From Macrostomum hystrix (lineage: Eukaryota; Animalia; Platyhelminthes): a DNA stretch of 64,000 bases. Positions within the stretch are counted from its first letter, which is position 1, and each line of letters opens with the position of its first letter. The position numbers were made by a program, and so were the translations under genes. A model generated the notes under the pieces. It had not been told where the DNA came from. It searched no databases and saw only the letters and a program-made list of their open reading frames with translations. Location: contig CATNEN010000038.1 of the NCBI GenBank assembly GCA_950097015.1, forward strand, positions 25,854,001 to 25,918,000, read 5' to 3'. Positions 36,613 to 48,800 of this stretch are shown here, one piece after another.

Positions 36613-36807
36613 CACCCGTAATTTCCAAATCACAGCAGTCACTGGCGATTGCAACTGCCGACCAATCAGCGACTCGACTTGAGAAACAGAATTTTATGAA
36701 CTGAGAGGAAAAGGTTGATAAACAAGCGATTTGCATCATATCTCCCTTCTTTCTCAAAGAAAGCGTTAGTGCTTTAGTATCCTTATATTCACATTGATTG
36801 TCATCCG

Positions 36808-39800
36808 ATGCGTAGTTTGACCATTCATATTGTGCTGATGTTCAGCTTTTGCGCTGAACAAGCCATTCAGTTGCCACCAAGAGAGCTAGTCCACATCCTG
36901 CTAGTTGGCAGTACATCGGATCTGTTCTACAACGATGTCTACTTTTTGAACTATTCTGTAAACTACGTCAATGGTCGTGCTGATCTGTTTCCGACACTGC
37001 AGTTGGCTCCAGAATTTTGTTTCGCCCAAGGGGTAATTGTACATGATTAGTTGACGCACATTGTCAAGTTGTCACAAGCGCAGTGCAAGATTATTTGATT
37101 AATCTAGCGAGACCAATTGCAAGATTTTACATGCACACGAGAGAGATTCTCTCAGACCTCTTGTGAGAAATCCTTTCAGAAATCCTGTGAGAGATCCTTG
37201 CAGACATTCTGTGAGCGCGTAAGAGAAATGTTTAGACATTCTGTGAAGGTTGGAGATCCTCCTCGTGCCAAAGTTTGATATTTTTTTGTACAACTGATTG
37301 ATATAGTACTTTCCGTAGATTCTCTTCTGTCTTAACAGTAAAAAGACCATGCACGGGGTATATCAAACACTCACTTCACAATAGCTCCCGAACCGAGTGA
37401 ACGCTTTTGTGAAAGTCCACCATGGATCAATAATATCCGTCTTTTACGATGAACTAACTGTCGATTCAGTCCGAGTAAGCATCGTCGGGATATTTATAGC
37501 GACATTTTTCTAAGGACAATATCGCTCGATACTCTTATCAGCAGCTATGTCGAATCAATAGCGGTTCAATAATTAAATAATTAGCAATATAATTAATACC
37601 ATAAAATCAACAAGTTACACCCTTGAGGGCCAACCTGCAAGGCACAGTGAGAGTGTGCACTGCCTGACAATGAGAAAGTCAGAGCAGATGTACACACCTG
37701 TGTGAGCGTGTGCCTGCGTACGGTATCTGTGTGCGTGTGTGCTCAGGAGTCATGGGAAATCAGGAGAAATGGGCGGAATTGCCTACTCGCTGGCTGCGGG
37801 TCAAGTGTCACTAAATGATGTTCCATTGCCCGCAGCCCTCCTGCAATTATTATTATTATTTACCCACTTGGTTTTTCTACTGTTTAATAAGCTTCTAGAC
37901 AGCTAGCACAGGTGGCAACTAGAGTTGAGCTATATCTTGTTATGGGAACAATGGAAAGAATCTTGTCGTAAAATCCATTTTCAGTTCTGTGAGAATTCAT
38001 CACAGAAGTGCTATTTACGTACGAGTGCCCATGTCATTCCCTGTACTGAGCCAGAAAGACAAATTTATTTTTTTCGTCTGATTGACGCCTAGAATCTGGC
38101 TTGTGTATTTTTTTGGCTTGTATATTTGCGGAACAATTGATAGCTTGAGTTATCGCTGACTCAACAGTCAAAAAGGGTACTGCATGCTAGAGCGAGTTAG
38201 GATTGAAAAACTCGTCCCAGTTTTTAGTCACCAATCCAGTTTTTTCTCTTTCCTAATCATTTCATTATTCCCCTCAGCAAAAGTCTGGCAGTGCTGTCAA
38301 GGCTTTTATTGACGGTTACCTGCAAGGTTCCAACAAGGCCATCTTGCTCGGTGCCACCTATTCGCAGCAGTCGCAGGTGATCGCAGACCTGGCCCAGTAC
38401 TACTACCTGCCACAGGTGCGCACCGTTGGAGTGTCTTGGCGAATATTTTATCCCTATAGCATAAGTACTACTTTGAGATCGAGTGAGAACATTTTACTGG
38501 TGTGTAGATGCTACCAGTCTGACATAAGTAGACAGTAGCAGTCTTTCATCCGTAGATAGTAGCAGTCTTTCATCCGTAGATATAGTAGCAGTCTTTCATC
38601 CGTAGATAGTACCAGTCTTTCATCCGTAGATAGTAGCAGTCTTTCATCCGTAGATAGTAGCAGTCTTTCATCCGTAGATAGTACCAGTCTTTCATCCGTA
38701 GATATAGTAGCAGTCTTTCATCCGTATATAGTAGCAGTCTTTCATCCGAAAATAGTAGCAGTCTTTCATCCGTAGATAGTACCAGTCTTTCATCCGTAGA
38801 TAGTACCAGTCTTTCATCCGTAGATAGTACCAGTCTTTCATCCGTAGATAGTACCAGTCTTTCATCCGTAGATAGTACCAGTCTTTCATCTGTAGATAGT
38901 ACTAGTCTTTCATCCGTAGATAGTACCAGTCTTTCATCCGTAGATAGTACCAGTCTTTCATCCGTAGATAGTACCAGTCTTTCATCTGTAGATAGTACTA
39001 GTCTTTCATCCGTAGATAGTACCAGTCTTTCATCCGTAGATAGTACTAGTCTTTCATCCGTATATAGTAGCAGTCTTTCATCCGTAGATAGTAGCAGTCT
39101 TTCATCCGTAGATAGTACCAGTCTTTCATCTGTAGATAGTACTAGTCTTTCATCCGTAGATAGTAGCAGTCTTTCATCCGTAGATAGTACCAGTCTTTCA
39201 TCCGTAGATAGTACCAGTCTTTCATCCGTAGATAGTACCAGTCTTTCATCCGTAGATAGTACCAGTCTTTCATCCGTAGATATAGTAGCAGTCTTTCATC
39301 CGTATATAGTAGCAGTCTTTCATCCGAAAATAGTAGCAGTCTTTCATCCGTAGATAGTACCAGTCTTTCATCCGTAGATAGTACCAGTCTTTCATCCGTA
39401 GATAGTACCAGTCTTTCATCCGTAGATAGTACCAGTCTTTCATCCGTAGATAGTACCAGTCTTTCATCTGTAGATAGTACTAGTCTTTCATCCGTAGATA
39501 GTACCAGTCTTTCATCCGTAGATAGTACCAGTCTTTCATCCGTAGATAGTACCAGTCTTTCATCTGTAGATAGTACTAGTCTTTCATCCGTAGATAGTAC
39601 CAGTCTTTCATCCGTAGATAGTACTAGTATTTCATCCGTATATAGTAGCAGTCTTTCATCCGTAGATAGTACCAGTCTTTCATCCGTAGATAGTACCAGT
39701 CTTTCATCCGTATATAGTAGCAGTCTTTCATCCGTAGATAGTAGCAGTCTTTCATCCGTAGATAGTACCAGTCTTTCATCCGTAGATAGTAGCAGTCTTT

Positions 39801-42800
39801 CATCCGTAGATAGTACCAGTCTTTCATCCGTAGATAGTACCAGTCTTTCATCCGTAGATATAGTAGCAGTCTTTCATCCGTATATAGTAGCAGTCTTTCA
39901 TCCGAAAATAGTAGCAGTCTTTCATCCGTAGATAGTACCAGTCTTTCATCCGTAGATAGTACCAGTCTTTCATCCGTATATAGTAGCAGTCTTTCATCCG
40001 TAGATAGTAGCAGTCTTTCATCCGTAGATAGTACCAGTCTTTCATCCGTAGATAGTAGCAGTCTTTCATCCGTAGATAGTACCAGTCTTTCATCCGTAGA
40101 TAGTACCAGTCTTTCATCCGTAGATAGTAGCAGTCTTTCATCCGTAGATAGTACCAGTCTTTCATCCGTAGATAGTAGCAGTCTTTCATCCGTAGATAGT
40201 ACCAGTCTTTCATCCGTAGATATAGTAGCAGTCTTTCATCCGTATATAGTAGCAGTCTTTCATCCGAAAATAGTAGCAGTCTTTCATCCGTAGATAGTAG
40301 CAGTCTTTCATCCGTAGATAGTAGCAGTCTTTCATCCGTAGATAGTACCAGTCTTTCATCCGTAGATAGTAGCAGTCTTTCATCCGTAGATAGTACCAGT
40401 CTTTCATCCGTAGATATAGTAGCAGTCTTTCATCCGAAAATAGTAGCAGTCTTTCATCCGTAGATAGTAGCAGTCTTTCATCCGTAGATAGTAGCAGTCT
40501 TTCATCCGTAGATAGTACCAGTCTTTCATCCGTAGATATAGTAGCAGTCTTTCATCCGTATATAGTAGCAGTCTTTCATCCGAAAATAGTACCAGTCTTT
40601 CATCCGTAGATAGTAGCAGTCTTTCATCTGTAGATAGTACTAGTCTTTCATCCGTATATAGTACCAGTCTTTCATCCGTAGATATAGTAGCAGTCTTTCA
40701 TCCGTATATAGTAGCAGTCTTTCATCCGAAAATAGTAGCAGTCTTTCATCCGTAGATAGTACCAGTCTTTCATCCGTAGATAGTACCAGTCTTTCATCCG
40801 TAGATAGTACCAGTCTTTCATCCGTAGATAGTACCAGTCTTTCATCCGTAGATAGTACCAGTCTTTCATCTGTAGATAGTACTAGTCTTTCATCCGTAGA
40901 TAGTACCAGTCTTTCATCCGTAGATAGTACTAGTCTTTCATCCGTATATAGTAGCAGTCTTTCATCCGTAGATAGTACCAGTCTTTCATCCGTAGATAGT
41001 ACCAGTCATTCATCCGTAGATAGTACCAGTCTTTCATCTGTAGATAGTACTAGTCTTTCATCCGTAGATAGTACCAGTCTTTCATCCGTAGATAGTACTA
41101 GTCTTTCATCCGTATATAGTAGCAGTCTTTCATCCGTAGATAGTAGCAGTCTTTCATCCGTAGATAGTACCAGTCTTTCATCTGTAGATAGTACTAGTCT
41201 TTCATCCGTAGATAGTACCAGTCTTTCATCCGTAGATAGTACTAGTCTTTCATCCGTAGATAGTACCAGTCTTTCATCCGTAGATAGTAGCAGTCTTTCA
41301 TCCGTAGATAGTACCAGTCTTTCATCCGTAGATAGTACCAGTCTTTCATCCGTAGATATAGTAGCAGTCTTTCATCCGTATATAGTAGCAGTCTTTCATC
41401 CGAAAATAGTAGCAGTCTTTCATCCGTAGATAGTACCAGTCTTTCATCCGTAGATAGTACCAGTCTTTCATCCGTAGATAGTACCAGTCTTTCATCCGTA
41501 GATAGTACCAGTCTTTCATCCGTAGATAGTACCAGTCTTTCATCTGTAGATAGTACTAGTCTTTCATCCGTAGATAGTAGCAGTCTTTCATCCGTAGATA
41601 GTACCAGTCTTTCATCCGTAGATAGTACCAGTCTTTCATCTGTAGATAGTACTAGTCTTTCATCCGTAGATAGGACCAGTCTTTCATCCGTAGATAGTAC
41701 TAGTCTTTCATCCGTATATAGTAGCAGTCTTTCATCCGTAGATAGTAGCAGTCTTTCATCCGTAGATAGTACCAGTCTTTCATCCGTAGATAGTAGCAGT
41801 CTTTCATCCGTAGATAGTACCAGTCTTTCATCCGTAGATAGTACCAGTCTTTCATCCGTAGATAGTAGCAGTCTTTCATCCGTAGATAGTACCAGTCTTT
41901 CATCCGTAGATAGTAGCAGTCTTTCATCCGTAGATAGTACCAGTCTTTCATCCGTAGATATAGTAGCAGTCTTTCATCCGTATATAGTAGCAGTCTTTCA
42001 TCCGAAAATAGTACCAGTCTTTCATCCGTAGATAGTAGCAGTCTTTCATCTGTAGATAGTACTAGTCTTTCATCCGTAGATAGTAGCAGTCTTTCATCCG
42101 TAGATAGTACCAGTCTTTCATCCGTAGATAGTACCAGTCTTTCATCTGTAGATAGTACTAGTCTTTCATCCGTAGATAGTACCAGTCTTTCATCCGTAGA
42201 TAGTACTAGTCTTTCATCCGTATATAGTAGCAGTCTTTCATCCGTAGATAGTACCAGTCTTTCATCCGTAGATAGTACCAGTCTTTCATCCGTATATAGT
42301 AGCAGTCTTTCATCCGTAGATAGTAGCAGTCTTTCATCCGTAGATAGTACCAGTCTTTCATCTGTAGATAGTACTAGTCTTTCATCCGTAGATAGTACCA
42401 GTCTTTCATCCGTAGATAGTACTAGTCTTTCATCCGTATATAGTAGCAGTCTTTCATCCGTAGATAGTAGCAGTCTTTCATCCGTAGATAGTACCAGTCT
42501 TTCATCTGTAGATAGTACTAGTCTTTCATCCGTAGATAGTACCAGTCTTTCATCCGTAGATAGTACTAGTCTTTCATCCGTAGATAGTACCAGTCTTTCA
42601 TCCGTAGATAGTAGCAGTCTTTCATCCGTAGATAGTACCAGTCTTTCATCCGTAGATAGTACCAGTCTTTCATCCGTAGATATAGTAGCAGTCTTTCATC
42701 CGTATATAGTAGCAGTCTTTCATCCGAAAATAGTAGCAGTCTTTCATCCGTAGATAGTACCAGTCTTTCATCCGTAGATAGTACCAGTCTTTCATCCGTA

Positions 42801-45800
42801 GATAGTACCAGTCTTTCATCCGTAGATAGTACCAGTCTTTCATCCGTAGATAGTACCAGTCTTTCATCTGTAGATAGTACTAGTCTTTCATCCGTAGATA
42901 GTAGCAGTCTTTCATCCGTAGATAGTACCAGTCTTTCATCCGTAGATAGTACCAGTCTTTCATCTGTAGATAGTACTAGTCTTTCATCCGTAGATAGGAC
43001 CAGTCTTTCATCCGTAGATAGTACTAGTCTTTCATCCGTATATAGTAGCAGTCTTTCATCCGTAGATAGTAGCAGTCTTTCATCCGTAGATAGTACCAGT
43101 CTTTCATCCGTAGATAGTAGCAGTCTTTCATCCGTAGATAGTACCAGTCTTTCATCCGTAGATAGTACCAGTCTTTCATCCGTAGATAGTAGCAGTCTTT
43201 CATCCGTAGATAGTACCAGTCTTTCATCCGTAGATAGTAGCAGTCTTTCATCCGTAGATAGTACCAGTCTTTCATCCGTAGATATAGTAGCAGTCTTTCA
43301 TCCGTATATAGTAGCAGTCTTTCATCCGAAAATAGTACCAGTCTTTCATCCGTAGATAGTAGCAGTCTTTCATCTGTAGATAGTACTAGTCTTTCATCCG
43401 TAGATAGTAGCAGTCTTTCATCCGTAGATAGTACCAGTCTTTCATCCGTAGATAGTACCAGTCTTTCATCTGTAGATAGTACTAGTCTTTCATCCGTAGA
43501 TAGTACCAGTCTTTCATCCGTAGATAGTACTAGTCTTTCATCCGTATATAGTAGCAGTCTTTCATCCGTAGATAGTACCAGTCTTTCATCCGTAGATAGT
43601 ACCAGTCTTTCATCCGTATATAGTAGCAGTCTTTCATCCGTAGATAGTAGCAGTCTTTCATCCGTAGATAGTACCAGTCTTTCATCCGTAGATAGTAGCA
43701 GTCTTTCATCCGTAGATAGTACCAGTCTTTCATCCGTAGATAGTACCAGTCTTTCATCCGTAGATATAGTAGCAGTCTTTCATCCGTAGATAGTAGCAGT
43801 CTTTCATCCGAAAATAGTAGCAGTCTTTCATCCGTAGATAGTAGCAGTCTTTCATCCGTAGATAGTACCAGTCTTTCATCCGTATATAGTAGCAGTCTTT
43901 CATCCGTAGATAGTAGCAGTCTTTCATCCGTAGATAGTACCAGTCTTTCATCCGTAGATAGTAGCAGTCTTTCATCCGTAGATAGTACCAGTCTTTCATC
44001 CGTAGATAGTACCAGTCTTTCATCCGTAGATAGTAGCAGTCTTTCATCCGTAGATAGTACCAGTCTTTCATCCGTAGATAGTAGCAGTCTTTCATCCGTA
44101 GATAGTACCAGTCTTTCATCCGTAGATATAGTAGCAGGCTTTCATCCGTATATAGTAGCAGTCTTTCATCCGAAAATAGTAGCAGTCTTTCATCCGTAGA
44201 TAGTAGCAGTCTTTCATCCGTAGATAGTAGCAGTCTTTCATCCGTAGATAGTACCAGTCTTTCATCCGTAGATAGTAGCAGTCTTTCATCCGTAGATAGT
44301 ACCAGTCTTTCATCCGTAGATATAGTAGCAGTCTTTCATCCGTATATAGTAGCAGTCTTTCATCCGAAAATAGTAGCAGTCTTTCATCCGTAGATAGTAG
44401 CAGTCTTTCATCCGTAGATAGTAGCAGTCTTTCATCCGTAGATAGTACCAGTCTTTCATCCGTAGATATAGTAGCAGTCTTTCATCCGTATATAGTAGCA
44501 GTCTTTCATCCGAAAATAGTAGCAGTCTTTCATCCGTAGATAGTAGCAGTCTTTCATCCGTAGATAGTACCAGTCTTTCATCCGTAGATAGTAGCAGTCT
44601 TTCATCCGTAGATAGTACCAGTCTTTCATCCGTAGATAGTACCAGTCTTTCATCCGTAGATAGTAGCAGTCTTTCATCCGTAGATAGTACCAGTCTTTCA
44701 TCCGTAGATAGTAGCAGTCTTTCATCCGTAGATAGTACCAGTCTTTCATCCGTAGATATAGTACCAGTCTTTCATCCGTATATAGTAGCAGTCTTTCATC
44801 CGAAAATAGTAGCAGTCTTTCATCCGTAGATAGTAGCAGTCTTTCATCCGTAGATAGTAGCAGTCTTTCATCCGTAGATAGTACCAGTCTTTCATCCGTA
44901 GATAGTAGCAGTCTTTCATCCGTAGATAGTACCAGTCTTTCATCCGTAGATATAGTAGCAGTCTTTCATCCGTATATAGTAGCAGTCTTTCATCCGAAAA
45001 TAGTAGCAGTCTTTCATCCGTAGATAGTAGCAGTCTTTCATCCGTAGATAGTAGCAGTCTTTCATCCGTAGATAGTACCAGTCTTTCATCCGTAGATATA
45101 GTAGCAGTCTTTCATCCGTATATAGTAGCAGTCTTTCATCCGAAAATAGTACCAGTCTTTCATCCGTAGATAGTAGCAGTCTTTCATCTGTAGATAGTAC
45201 TAGTCTTTCATCCGTATATAGTAGCAGTCTTTCATCCGAAAATAGTACCAGTCTTTCATCCGTAGATAGTAGCAGTCTTTCATCTGTAGATAGTACTAGT
45301 CTTTCATCCGTATATAGTAGCAGTCTTTCATCCGAAAATAGTACCAGTCTTTCATCCGTAGATAGTACTAGTCTTTCATCCGTAGATAGTACCAGTCTTT
45401 CATCCGTAGATAGTACTAGTCTTTCATCCGTATATAGTAGCAGTCTTTCATCCGTAGATAGTAGCAGTCTTTCATCCGTAGATAGTACCAGTCTTTCATC
45501 CGTAGATAGTAGCAGTCTTTCATCCGTAGATAGTACCAGTCTTTCATCCGTAGATAGTACCAGTCTTTCATCCGTAGATAGTAGCAGTCTTTCATCCGTA
45601 GATAGTAGCAGTCTTTCATCCGTAGATAGTAGCAGTCTTTCATCCGTAGATAGTACCAGTCTTTCATCCGTAGATAGTAGCAGTCTTTCATCCGTAGATA
45701 GTACCAGTCTTTCATCCGTAGATAGTACCAGTCTTTCATCCGTAGATAGTACCATTTTGACTTACCTCGAATTTGGCTCTACAGATTGGCTACTCCAACA

Positions 45801-48800
45801 CTTCGCCTGCGCTAAGCGACAAGAGTACTTATCCATTCTTCATCCGCATGGCTATCACGAACAGTATTTTCATTACGCCGGTCATCAACCTGTTGAACCT
45901 GTTCCTTTGGCGAAAAATTGGCATTATTACAACTGACTCGCCAATCTTCTATCCGGTATGGAATAGAAACATTGTATCCTGATTGTAACGGGTAGAAAGG
46001 TTTCCTACCTATCGCATAAAGCAGTAAAGGAATAGTTGCTTTGTGTAACCATCAGTACTTCTCATTATTTGCAGTGTTAAGAGTAAGCGAATCAATCTCG
46101 TGTGCTTTGATTGGCAAGCCTTGTCTAAAGAATAAATCCTTTGAAATAAAAACCCAGATAGCTGTCATTCACAGTCATATTCTTTCAGTAATTGATTCAT
46201 GTGTGGCATGTTTGTTTGAATGCCAACTCAATCTTTGTCTGATTTAACCAATCGATCGGGTGAAATTTTAGGATTTTCCTTCAGTACAATTCTCATTTTA
46301 AGTATCGTGTGCCGCCAATCATTAATTTTTTTCTACTTATTTTAACAAATCGCATGGTAATTTGTTTGATGAACGGTTTTAAAGGCAGGCTTTTAACAAT
46401 GAAAACTATGTAGATTGTTTGCACTAAAGTCTTCCAATTCAGAAATAAGGAAGAAGCTTCTAGATATAAAAAGTGAATTTGTACTTCTAATAAGTTACTT
46501 TACCAATAAACGATCCAACGCATAAGCTTGAAGCTTCTCAGAAATGCACTGTTCAAATAAACAAATATAGAGCTTAATATATAGTTTCCTTTTAAAATTA
46601 TCCAATGTTTTAAACAAATAATGGTTATGCTGGTCATACAAACCAGTTAATTCACGCACCTAATCACTTAGACTAACGATAATAGCAGGCTACATAATTC
46701 GAAATGAAGTAAAAAATACTTTGAGTTCTGCACCTCCTAAATGATGAATTTTAGATTACTCTCGAGCTAGAGGCCACTCTGATTGCTCACAATATCACCA
46801 ATTACCAGAAGGCGATTTTCAGTACTGACGCCACCGATGCTATCGCGCGGCTAGTGGTAAGTTAGTTTGAGTTCAATTAGTGTTAGGTCTCAGGTAAAAG
46901 ACGAAACTCTAGTTTCAAAAAAAAATTGCAGAACAACGACATTCGCATCTTTATCGTGGTCCGCAGCATGGCAGAGGAAAGTCCCGACAAGCGTTTCGAC
47001 TGTCTGGTGCGTTCCTGTGAAAAAAAACTTTTAATTAAGGCAGCCTTCCCGAGCTTAAACCAGTTTTTGGTTTAAAAGTTCATTCGTTTTTAACACACAC
47101 AGTTGTGGTAATTTAGATTCTTTCCTATTACTCGCGCTGTGCCACTTAAAGCTTAAAGGCGCACTTAAACAGATACTGTACGCAGGCACAATTTCACAGG
47201 GCTGTACATATACCTTGAATTTCTCATTGTCAGACAGTGTGCACTCCTACCAAAGGGGTTAGCCCTCAAGGGCGTAAATTTCACGACAAGCCCCCAAGCC
47301 TTCTCTCCGCGACTGAGCCACAACAAATAATGTGGCCTCGCCACCGAATCGAGCTCAGGGACCTTGGTGGGAGGGTCTGACACGATATAGTATTTTTAGC
47401 TTCATTGAGAAGTATCTTGATAACATTGTGTCTGAGATTTTTTAAGAAACACATTGACTCGTCTTTCGCAGATCAAACGGATCGGAGCCTACGGCCCGAA
47501 ATACCAATGGATGCAAATTGGTTTCCCGTTCACAACACAGAATGGTGTTGAGCAGTCCTGCCAGGACTCTCAGAGACTGGCGGCGATGGAAGGCTCCATT
47601 GAGTTTGATAGCGATGTCAACGATCCCGCAGCCGTGCATCCGATCGATATAATGGGAAGGGTGAGTATTTTTCTCACCAGTCTACCTGGACTGCTCTTGT
47701 GTCACACTACAATTTAACCCCTTTAATCTTTGATTGTACACTTTTTCTCGCACCCAATGTCTATTCGACAGACTCGCAACGAAAGCTTTCATGACTTCAT
47801 GCGACAATATGGCAATCAGACAGTGATGGCGCAGCAGAGCAGCATTCTCGGCTTCGATCTGCGCTTTGACACCGTGGTTGCGGCGGCGCTGGCAATCAAC
47901 GCCACTCTCAACTCTGGCTTGAACTACAACAAGTCATTGCAACTGGGCGACAGTCAGTTCAAGAGGCGACTATTCGATAATGTCCTGCGCCTGGACTTCG
48001 CCGGGTTGTCCGTGAGGCTCCTGCCTGCTCACTGACTTCAATAGCCTGAGGGGGGAGTAATAATAATAATTGCAGGAGGGCTGCGGCTGCAAATGATGGC
48101 ACATCATTTGGTGAGAGGAATCAATTGTGCCCGTTTCGCTGACTCCTGAGCACGCATGCACACAGATACTGTACGAAGGCACACGCTCACACAGGTGTGT
48201 ACAACTGCCCTGACTTTCTCATCGTCAGGCGGTGTACACTCTCACTGTGCCTTGGAGGTTGGCCGTCTGGGGCGTAAATTGCACGCCAAGCACCCCAGCC
48301 TTCTCTTCACGGCTGCACCCCAATTTAATGTGGCCTCACCGTGGAATTGAGCTCAGGGACCTTGGTGTGATCCTATGGAGGGTTGATGGTGCGGTCTAAC
48401 GGGGTTTGCCTCTTGCACCAAGGTTCCTTAGCTCCATTACGCGGCGATTCCGCATTAGTTTCACAAGAAGGCTTGCGAATTTATGCCCATGACACCAAAC
48501 CTCCATGTCACAGTGAGAGTGTAAATTAACTAACGATTAGAAATTCAGGGCAGTTGTACACTCCTATGCCTGCGTACGGCATCTGTGTGCGTATGTGCTG
48601 AGGAGTCAGCGGAACGGGCAGAATTGCCTCCTCGCTGGCTGCGGGTTGAATGTTACATGTTGCATGTTACAATGCTGTAGATGGTAACTTATTTTCCAAG
48701 TTTGGGACTTACACATGCGATTATGTTAAACTAAAAAAAACAAAAAAATTTGCAGGGTCGAGTTAAGTTCGATTCTCGTGGCGATAGGTCGGCAAAAATA

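Noticed and set aside
35985-36704. Cys/Ser/Leu-rich ORFs here and at 13794-14036 and 51204-51690
   Set aside because: Translations of 16/17-bp minisatellites.
38692-45755. Many MKDWYYLR / STDERL repeat ORFs
   Set aside because: Translation artefacts of a 24-bp satellite that lies in an intron of the opposite-strand gene.
48595-48635. Minimal hammerhead-like motif CTGAGGAG-TCAG-C-G[G/A]AA in SINE B
   Set aside because: Most copies read CTCAGGA, this copy has GGAA, and no proper stem III with a UH cleavage site forms.
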